Both the position numbers and the translations under genes were made by a program. Shown here piece by piece: positions 1 through 7,377 of a DNA stretch of 64,000 bases. Positions within the stretch are counted from its first letter, which is position 1, and the number at the start of each line of letters is the position of its first letter. The notes under the pieces were generated by a model that saw nothing but the letters and a program-made list of their open reading frames with translations, ran no database searches and was not told the DNA's origin. Origin of the DNA: a virus. The DNA is taken from the IMG/VR virus record IMGVR_UViG_3300017917_002969, positions 1-64,000 of that record; one strand, 5' to 3'.

Positions 1-102
1 AACTAGTATATAGACACACCTTTTCAAAACTAATTAATTATCAATGTTTTAGAACATGGAAAAAACTAATTATTACGAAATTTGTAAACAAAAATTGAAA
101 CT

Positions 103-423
103 ATGAACTCATTAGACAAACAATACACCGACTTATTACAAGACATTCTTGATAACGGTGTGAAAAAAAGCGACAGAACTGGTACAGGAACCTTATCAGT
201 ATTCGGTAGACAAATCAGACACAAAATGTCAGAAGGCTTTCCGTTGCTTACCACCAAGAAAATGTATTGGAAAGGAATTGTGACGGAGTTGCTCTGGTTC
301 CTTCGTGGTGATACAAATATCAAATACCTTGTTGATAATGATTGTCATATATGGGATGGTGACTGCTACCAAGCCTATTTAAGAGAATGTGAGAAGATGA
401 AAAAAGATGAAAATAATTTATAG
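103..423 (+). CDS. thyA: Thymidylate synthase, N-terminal fragment (split gene)
   Basis: [26 protein letters not shown] and HIWD are ThyA N-terminal motifs; ends at TAG 421-423. Confidence 0.95.
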   Translation: MNSLDKQYTDLLQDILDNGVKKSDRTGTGTLSVFGRQIRHKMSEGFPLLTTKKMYWKGIVTELLWFLRGDTNIKYLVDNDCHIWDGDCYQAYLRECEKMKKDENNL

Positions 424-461
424 TTTTTGTAATCATCACCATATTTATAATAAAAGAAAAT

Positions 462-1175
462 ATGGAAACAAAATACTATTTGTACATCAAAACTAGTCCA
501 TTTGGATTGAAATACTTAGGTAAAACAACTAAGAATCCATTTACCTATTTGGGTAGTGGCAAGATTTGGAAACGTCACATTGCCAAGCATTCTTTAACAT
601 TTGAAGATATTGAGACTGAAGTTGTTTTTGAGACAGATGATATAAATCAATTAATTAAAAAAGGTATAGAACTTAGCCTTTTATATAACATAGTTGAATC
701 AAAAGAGTGGGCCAATTTACGTGAGGAAAGAGGTGATGGTGGAGATACTTCTAAGTTTATAGATTTTTCAAATCCAATATTTCACAACCCAGAGCGTAGT
801 AGGCATTTGAATAGTTTTATTGATGAGGAAGATAAAAAACAGAAACTAAAAGAAAGAGCCTCTAAAATAGATTATAAAAACCCAGAACGTATTAGAAAAA
901 TAAAAGAAAATACAGATTGGGAAGAAAAAGAAAAGAAAAGATTAGAGAACACCGATTACTCAACTTTTTTATGGAAAACTCACGAAAAGAATAAAAAACC
1001 AGTTTTACAGTTTGATATGGATGGTAATTTTTTAAATGAGTTTGATTGTGCAGCAAACGCTGCAAGGTCCTTAGGATTTAATAACGGTGGAAATATAACA
1101 AATTGCTGTAAAGGTAGATGTAAATCATCTATGGGTTACACATGGAAATATAAAGATAAAAATGAAAGCAACTAA
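462..1175 (+). mobile_element. Free-standing GIY-YIG (Seg-like) homing endonuclease with C-terminal NUMOD1-like DNA-binding domain
   Basis: YLY...KYLGKT...YLGSG...E...YN GIY-YIG pattern; C-terminal KPVLQFDMDGNFLNEFD..AARSLG..ITNCCKG..GYTWKY; lies between the two thyA halves. Confidence 0.85.
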
Positions 1176-2178
1176 AAAAGATTTACACGAAAGTGGTAGA
1201 GTATTATCTAAAGAAGAATTCATCAACAAAATCAAAACCGATGATGAGTTTGCTAAGAAGTGGGGGTCACTCGGAAAAATATATGGGCATCAATGGAGAA
1301 GTTGGGAAACATACAAAAATTATGATGTGACAAGATATCAAGTAAAACAAATAGACCAAATCGCAAACCTAATCAACGACCTTAAGACAAACCCAGATTC
1401 AAGACGCCTACTTGTGTCAGCTTGGAACCCAGCCGAGCTCGACCAAATGGTGCTCCCTCCTTGTCACTACGGCTTTCAAGTTTATACAAGAGAGTTGAGT
1501 GAAACAGATGGATTGAAAAAGATAAATTTGATAGTGAAGTACAAAGGTAATAATTGTAAAATAATAAGTTACCATAATGCTAATCATGAAGTACTTGTAT
1601 TAGAAACGCCCGAAGGTGAAAGAATAATTCATGAGAACCAATTAGACGAACCTATTGACTACAGTAAGTTTCCAACTAGAGCAATCTCTCTAATGTGGAA
1701 CCAACGTTCAGTAGATACACCACTTGGTTTGCCATTCAACATAGCATCTTACGGATTACTATTGGAAATCATTGCTAAGATGGTAAACATGGTTCCTGAT
1801 GAACTAATAGGTAATTTGGGTGATACACACATTTATTTAAATCAAATTGAAGGTTGTAAAGAACAAATTGGAAGAGAAAGAACACACGAGGAAATGGTTG
1901 AAATTTATAATCAATTAGAAAACAAAAAAGATAGAGATGGTTTTTGGACTTGGGAAACTAGATTTGAAGATAATGACATTACAAAAAGAACAAGAGAACC
2001 TTTTCCACTTCCAACTTTACGAATCAACACAGAATTTTGGCCTACTCAATCAGGCGAATGTGGTGTGGGTGAATTGACAGATAATATTGATTTTCTTATT
2101 AAAGAAATGAGAATCGAAGATTTTCAAATAGAAAATTATCAATCGCATCCAGCAATAAAAATACCATTATCAAATTAA
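1162..2178 (+). CDS. thyA: Thymidylate synthase, C-terminal fragment with catalytic Cys
   Basis: YGHQWR, DQIANLI, NPDSRRLLVSAWN, LPPCH, QRSVD.LGLPFNIASY, GDTHIY, YQSHPAIK; overlaps the endonuclease ORF end by 14 nt. Confidence 0.95.
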   Translation: MKATKKDLHESGRVLSKEEFINKIKTDDEFAKKWGSLGKIYGHQWRSWETYKNYDVTRYQVKQIDQIANLINDLKTNPDSRRLLVSAWNPAELDQMVLPPCHYGFQVYTRELSETDGLKKINLIVKYKGNNCKIISYHNANHEVLVLETPEGERIIHENQLDEPIDYSKFPTRAISLMWNQRSVDTPLGLPFNIASYGLLLEIIAKMVNMVPDELIGNLGDTHIYLNQIEGCKEQIGRERTHEEMVEIYNQLENKKDRDGFWTWETRFEDNDITKRTREPFPLPTLRINTEFWPTQSGECGVGELTDNIDFLIKEMRIEDFQIENYQSHPAIKIPLSN

Positions 2179-2370
2179 AATTATAACTCACGAATACATT
2201 ACAGAAAATTGAGGAAAATTAGAAAAAATAGGATTAAAGTTTGATACCAAATTAGCTTTACAAGTAAAATGAAAATTGATATGGTGAGATATACATAAGC
2301 ATTAAAAATAAATTGGTTAAACTAGGTCATGTAATGTGATTTTGTAAAACTAATTATATATTTATACTAT

Positions 2371-2859
2371 ATGGGGTTTCAATATATTTCAGACATTATT
2401 TCTAAATTCACACAAAAACAAAGAATACTAGTTCTTTTTTTGCTTCTTTTTTCAATAACACTTATATTTTTGGGACCAGATTTAATGAATAAATTTGGTG
2501 GTGATGTAGACATTTTAAAGTCAAAACTAAGGGAAAAGGATAACGAAATTGATTCTTTAAACTTAAAAATTATAACCATAAGTCGTTCAATGGTGGATAA
2601 CGAACAAAACTGTACAAACAGACTATTAGAAAGGGAGAGAGAAATAATGGCTCAATTGGATACCTTAGAAAAGACCCTAAATAAACAGAATAACAGAATT
2701 TATCAACCACAATTGTCATACATTTTTGAATCAAATGGTCATGTAAGTGAAGCTCAAAGTGTTCCAATTGATATTAACAACAATGATTTTGCAATTAATG
2801 GTATCAAAAAAATAAAGGGTCAAATAAAAAAACATATGGAAACTAACACACCTAGATAA
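2371..2859 (+). CDS. Membrane-anchored coiled-coil protein (spanin-like topology, unproven)
   Basis: N-terminal hydrophobic helix ILVLFLLLFSITLIFLG followed by heptad-rich region. Confidence 0.55.
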   Translation: MGFQYISDIISKFTQKQRILVLFLLLFSITLIFLGPDLMNKFGGDVDILKSKLREKDNEIDSLNLKIITISRSMVDNEQNCTNRLLEREREIMAQLDTLEKTLNKQNNRIYQPQLSYIFESNGHVSEAQSVPIDINNNDFAINGIKKIKGQIKKHMETNTPR

Positions 2860-2869
2860 AAATAAATCA

Positions 2870-3286
2870 ATGACGAATATACTAATTATCTTTCTAAGTG
2901 TTTTGAACCTTCTACATTATTCTCCAGTATATAGAATTTACCAACCAAATAGACTTCATATATTAGAACAGAATAAAATTGTAAGTGGTGTTGTAAAAAA
3001 AGTTGATTATACAATTGATGGTGACATTCATATTCGTCTAGATGTAATAGATAAATCACTATTAGTCAAAAGAAATATAACAAAAGAAGATGGATGCTTG
3101 GTTTTAGAAATAGTTTGTGGTTGTAAATCTATTTTTCCAGTCTGTAAAGGTTATAAAAACAATATTTTGGTTCCAAACGTAGGGGACACAATAATAACCA
3201 AGGGTTTATTTGTATACGATAAAAGACATAAGATAAATGAAATACACCCAGTTTTAGAACTAACGAAATTTAAAGAAATTAAATAA
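2870..3286 (+). CDS. Exported hypothetical protein, probable OB-fold
   Basis: Signal-like N-terminus; SGVV..DGDIHIRL..EIV..VGD.I..G..VYD..H..EIHPV pattern. Confidence 0.55.
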   Translation: MTNILIIFLSVLNLLHYSPVYRIYQPNRLHILEQNKIVSGVVKKVDYTIDGDIHIRLDVIDKSLLVKRNITKEDGCLVLEIVCGCKSIFPVCKGYKNNILVPNVGDTIITKGLFVYDKRHKINEIHPVLELTKFKEIK

Positions 3287-3287
3287 A

Positions 3288-3305
3288 AAGTTCCACGTGG
3301 AACTT
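3288..3305. promoter_or_regulatory. Perfect 18-bp palindrome, parS-like
   Basis: AAGTTCCACGTGGAACTT, intergenic; the core matches parS TGTTCCACGTGGAACA at 14/16. Confidence 0.65.
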
Positions 3306-3314
3306 AATAACGTT

Positions 3315-3341
3315 AAAAGCATCGAATTAGATGCTTTTTTT
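3315..3341 (+). terminator. Rho-independent terminator
   Basis: AAAAGCATC-gaatta-GATGCTTTT stem followed by a T tract. Confidence 0.75.
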
Positions 3342-3376
3342 GTTTTTTATTGATATTTATAAGAAAATTAAAATAT

Positions 3377-3631
3377 ATGGCAATCATTAATGATATACAC
3401 AGTATAATAGTTTCTGCTAACACACCAAACTTAACAGCACATACATATACAGAAGTATATGGTGGGTCAGCTGGTTGTACAGCTGTAATTAACGGAGTAA
3501 CAGTAAATGTTGGTTCTCAATCTACTATTAGAATAAAAGTTAGAACAATAAGTGGTGGTACTGGTTGTTATTTATTAGGGGAAAATCAAGATGTATTTCA
3601 GGGTTCTACTGGATTAGGTGGAATATATTGA
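3377..3631 (+). CDS. Small Gly/Thr-rich beta-type hypothetical (virion?) protein
   Basis: ATG at 3377 downstream of ATATTTATA motif; ORF-track start 3350 looks over-extended. Confidence 0.65.
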   Translation: MAIINDIHSIIVSANTPNLTAHTYTEVYGGSAGCTAVINGVTVNVGSQSTIRIKVRTISGGTGCYLLGENQDVFQGSTGLGGIY

Positions 3632-3683
3632 CATAAATTTCACTAACATAAACATATTTATAATAAAAATAAAATATAATAGT

Positions 3684-5495
3684 ATGAAAAAAAATATAAA
3701 CATCAGCCCAGTTGGTCTTAAAGGAAATGAAATCAACGAACGTATGAAACAATTGATGGGAATCCAACCTATCAATGAAAATAAGTCTAATATCGTAATT
3801 GAATTGACCAAGATGGGACCAGACGGTAACGCTTATGCTATCGTTAGAGAAAACCACGAATGGTATATCAAAAAAGCCAATAAGACAAAAAATTTGGTTG
3901 CCGAAGACTTTAAATATATCGGTGGTCTTCAAAACAAAAAACAAGAAGCTTATCCATCATATGCAAAAGCTATAAAGCATTTGAATCTTAAGTTCAGAAG
4001 CCTTGCTGAGGCATATAACTACGATGGAGAGATTAACGTATTTTTAAACGATAATCTTCTAAATGAGAACATGCCAATGGCTGGTGGTTTTGCTGAAATG
4101 AAGACCAATGGATTTACTGGAGAAGGAAATTTATATGGAAACAAACCAATGGATGAAATGTATATGGACGAAGCTAAGTCTAAAAACAATCCATGGGCTA
4201 TTTGCACAGCTAGCGTTGGTAGGGAAGACAAACAAAAATACGAAGCTTGTGTAATGGATGTTAAGAAGAAAATGGGTATGGATGAAATGATTACTAAGGA
4301 AGAATATTCTGACCCAACAAAAAGTGAAATGTTAGACACATTGAAACAGGAATTTGGAGGATTTGAAGGATATGATAATTTTTCAGCTGAAGAGGCTATT
4401 TATTGGTACGCTTATAATAATCATGGGGGGCAAAACTCAAACTTATATAGTACTTTAAGTACCTCAACATATAAACCATCACCGTTAATGAAAAATGCTG
4501 AAGATATTGATGATGATATGGCTATCTCAATGTACAACACATTAGTTGATAAATTTGGTGGCGAGGAAATTGGTCATGGTGATTACGAATTGGATGGTGA
4601 TATTGAAATGACTGAATATGAAAAAGCTATTGATGAAATGATAGCTAAAGATAATAAAAAATCATTTCCAGATTTAACTGAATATATTGTACCTGATTGG
4701 GCTATGTCAGCATTAATAAATGGTGATTATACTGGATTATCTGATGAAGACGAACAAAAATTAGAAATGTTTATAGACGAAGTTATCAAACAAAATGGGA
4801 ACGCTAACTTTATGTTAGGTGACATTGATGGTAAAGATAATTTAGGATTTAAACATAGTAATGATATTGATAATTTAGGTTCAAACGTTTATAGAGTATA
4901 TATTAAACCAGATGAAGAAATTGAAATGACTGAATATAAAAAAGCTATTGATGAAATGATAGCTAAAGAAGAACTTAAGGGTGGTCAGAAAAAACTTGAC
5001 GTTAATAAAAACGGAAAATTGGATGCTGAAGATTTCAAAAAGTTAAGAGCTGGTAAGAAAGGTATGGAAGAAGAATTTCAACCTCATGGTTCTTATACAA
5101 TATCTAATCACGGTGGGTACGAAGTTATGTTAAGCCCTGATGGTGAAATGGCAAAAGTTAGGGATGCTTATGGTTCTGATAACCCTGAAACGTCTGATTG
5201 GTTAGAAATTGAATATGTTTATAATGAAGAAACTGGCGAATTAGAACCAGTTATTGACCCAAATGGTTATAATATACCATTAAATATGGTCATGAGAATC
5301 AATGAAATGACCGCAAAAGAAAAGAAATTTGCTGCATTGGCTGAACCAAAAGATAAGATTACATATGCTGATAAGATTGCTGGTGCAAAGAAAGGTGAAG
5401 TAAAAGAATCTAAATTGAGCATACTTGGTGCTTTAAAGAATATGGACGCAATCATCGACAGTCTCACTGAAGGTGAAGTAAAAAAAAAACTCTAG
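3684..5495 (+). CDS. Modular acidic polyprotein, probable head-associated/internal protein (frame 0 product)
   Basis: ATG 3684 after late motif; modules separated by LNE/MDE/INE/LTE linkers; EF-hand-like LDVNKNGKLDAEDF; ends in an A10 run. Confidence 0.7.
   Translation: MKKNINISPVGLKGNEINERMKQLMGIQPINENKSNIVIELTKMGPDGNAYAIVRENHEWYIKKANKTKNLVAEDFKYIGGLQNKKQEAYPSYAKAIKHLNLKFRSLAEAYNYDGEINVFLNDNLLNENMPMAGGFAEMKTNGFTGEGNLYGNKPMDEMYMDEAKSKNNPWAICTASVGREDKQKYEACVMDVKKKMGMDEMITKEEYSDPTKSEMLDTLKQEFGGFEGYDNFSAEEAIYWYAYNNHGGQNSNLYSTLSTSTYKPSPLMKNAEDIDDDMAISMYNTLVDKFGGEEIGHGDYELDGDIEMTEYEKAIDEMIAKDNKKSFPDLTEYIVPDWAMSALINGDYTGLSDEDEQKLEMFIDEVIKQNGNANFMLGDIDGKDNLGFKHSNDIDNLGSNVYRVYIKPDEEIEMTEYKKAIDEMIAKEELKGGQKKLDVNKNGKLDAEDFKKLRAGKKGMEEEFQPHGSYTISNHGGYEVMLSPDGEMAKVRDAYGSDNPETSDWLEIEYVYNEETGELEPVIDPNGYNIPLNMVMRINEMTAKEKKFAALAEPKDKITYADKIAGAKKGEVKESKLSILGALKNMDAIIDSLTEGEVKKKL
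4602..4969 (+). repeat. 50-bp direct repeat (4602-4651 / 4920-4969) flanking an in-frame module
   Basis: attgaaatgactgaatat(g/a)aaaaagctattgatgaaatgatagctaaaga, 1 mismatch; encodes IEMTEY(E/K)KAIDEMIAK. Confidence 0.95.
5478..5495 (+). other. Candidate -1 frameshift/slippage site (A10 run, 5480-5489)
   Basis: GTA AAA AAA AAA CTC TAG; the -1 frame opens at 5477 (after TGA 5474) and runs without a stop into ORF 5528..6904. Confidence 0.6.
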
Positions 5496-5527
5496 AAACT
5501 AACATAAGCGAGGAAACAAAATATAAA

Positions 5528-6904
5528 TTGAAGATGGCTGGCGCTCCAAAGCCAGCCGCTCCAGCCGCTCCAGCTGCACCAATTGATGACGCTCCACCTG
5601 CTGATGCGTCATTTGACAAGCCTAAATCAAGTGAAAAACCTTTTGATGACACCCCTTTTGATGCTGGTGTTGAGGCTGACGAAGAAACAGACCCAAAAAA
5701 ATTTATTGAGCAATTAACTGGTAAATTGGGCCAGTCATTGAGAAAGTATAGCGAAGAACAAGGTCAACCAGATTTTGAACTTGAGAAATTCGCTATTAAT
5801 TCTCTATTGTCAGCTACTCATACTTCTGAAATGGATGCTGAAGACCAAAAAGACATCATAAACAAAGTTAAAACAGCTGGTAAAGGTGATGAAACTCCAG
5901 AGGAAAAGCCAATGGATGATGAAAAACCAATTGAAGAGCCAGCTGATGATGAAAATTTAGATTTTGGCGATGAAAAAGAATTGGAAGAAAATATGTTTAT
6001 TGAAAACCCTAAAAAACTAAGCATATTTGCGCCAGAAGGTAGCGAAGAGGCTGAATATCAAAAATCACATAATAGTATGGAAAAAGAATCAAACAATTAT
6101 ATGTTTTGGCAAAATCTAAAAACAATCCATCATGCTGCTGGTGAGTTATTAAAAATGAATTACGATGAAGTTGATGCTTTATTATCAGACGGACATGGCT
6201 GGGCTTTGGACCACATGGCAACTTCAGCTGATGATGTTGAGGAAGTTTACCACTTTATTGAGGGTAGATTGAACGATTATCACGTAGATTCAGAAGATGA
6301 ACATGGAATGGAAGATGAATGGTCAGCACCAATGGAACTTCATACAGAAATGCCAGTATCAGATGATTTAAAGTACCATATAGAAAATAACATCCCTTTG
6401 AATGAGACTATTTACAGAATTGGTTCCGATAAGTATTTTAATCTTATTAAAGAAGTTAAAGTGTTATACTCAAAAGGTTTGATAAAGCTAAATGAAAATG
6501 ATACTTTTATTGTTAATGAGTTTGATAATCAATATATTATGCTTGAAGGCAAGAAGGTAAAGATGAATTTTATATATGAAGAAGTTGAAACTGAAGAGCT
6601 ACAAGAAGCCGAATATAAGGGTAAAAAAGTTCAACTAGGTAAACCAAAAAGAGGTGGCTCAAAGAAATTCTATGTTTATGTTAGAGACCCTAAGTCTGGT
6701 AACATTAAAAAAGTTTCTTTCGGTGCTAAGTCTGGTGGTGGTAACTTGGCTGTTAAATTAAGAGACCCTAAAGCTAGAAAAGCTTTTTCTGATAGACATA
6801 ACTGCCCTTCAAAGACTGATAGAACATCTCCAGGATACTGGGCATGCCGTCTACCAAGATATGCTAAATCATTAGGTTTAGCTGGTGGTGGTACATGGTG
6901 GTAA
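5528..6904 (+). CDS. Modular protein, probably the C-terminal extension of 3684 via frameshift
   Basis: Pro/Ala linker, DPKKFIEQLTGKLGQSLR core, further modules after xxE linkers, C-terminal basic Cys/His module (KKFYVYVRDP..RHNC..GYWAC). Confidence 0.7.
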   Translation: MKMAGAPKPAAPAAPAAPIDDAPPADASFDKPKSSEKPFDDTPFDAGVEADEETDPKKFIEQLTGKLGQSLRKYSEEQGQPDFELEKFAINSLLSATHTSEMDAEDQKDIINKVKTAGKGDETPEEKPMDDEKPIEEPADDENLDFGDEKELEENMFIENPKKLSIFAPEGSEEAEYQKSHNSMEKESNNYMFWQNLKTIHHAAGELLKMNYDEVDALLSDGHGWALDHMATSADDVEEVYHFIEGRLNDYHVDSEDEHGMEDEWSAPMELHTEMPVSDDLKYHIENNIPLNETIYRIGSDKYFNLIKEVKVLYSKGLIKLNENDTFIVNEFDNQYIMLEGKKVKMNFIYEEVETEELQEAEYKGKKVQLGKPKRGGSKKFYVYVRDPKSGNIKKVSFGAKSGGGNLAVKLRDPKARKAFSDRHNCPSKTDRTSPGYWACRLPRYAKSLGLAGGGTWW

Positions 6905-6924
6905 TAAAAAATTAAATATTAAGT

Positions 6925-7377
6925 ATGAGTAGAATATCAAAACAAAAACAACATCTGATTGAGCGTAAAAATAAACAGCTTTTGGGTAAACCAGAAATGG
7001 AATGCCCTGAAGCAACTCAAGATTTGGAGTTAAATACCAAAAATAGAGACGCTGCCATAAGTGAACCACATATTCAATATGGTCCATTAAATGTTGATGA
7101 GCCAGCTGATTTTTGGGAAAAAATAGCTGACCATTGGAATACTAGTGTTGAAGCCGCTATGGAATCTAGATGTGGTAATTGTGTTGCTTTTGATATATCA
7201 CCAAGAATGGATGATTGCATGCCAGGTCCAGTATCTGATGAAGATGGAAGATTAGGGTATTGTTGGATGCATCATTTTAAGTGTCATTCAGCTAGAAGCT
7301 GTAGAACATGGGCGAAGGGTGGTCCAATAGAGGAAGATTCAGTATCATATAAATGGCAAGAAAAAAATGAAAAATAA
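6925..7377 (+). CDS. Cys/His-rich probable metal-binding protein
   Basis: CGNC..C..GYCWMHHFKCHSARSCRTW. Confidence 0.7.
   Translation: MSRISKQKQHLIERKNKQLLGKPEMECPEATQDLELNTKNRDAAISEPHIQYGPLNVDEPADFWEKIADHWNTSVEAAMESRCGNCVAFDISPRMDDCMPGPVSDEDGRLGYCWMHHFKCHSARSCRTWAKGGPIEEDSVSYKWQEKNEK

Noticed and set aside
424-1161. Group I intron in thyA (T4 td-like)
   Set aside because: Only 38 non-coding nt are present and no P/Q/R/S core is visible; the downstream half has its own ATG.
2179-2370. ncRNA or pseudogene in the longest intergenic gaps (also 42154-42314)
   Set aside because: AT-rich with no convincing stem or recognisable coding remnant.
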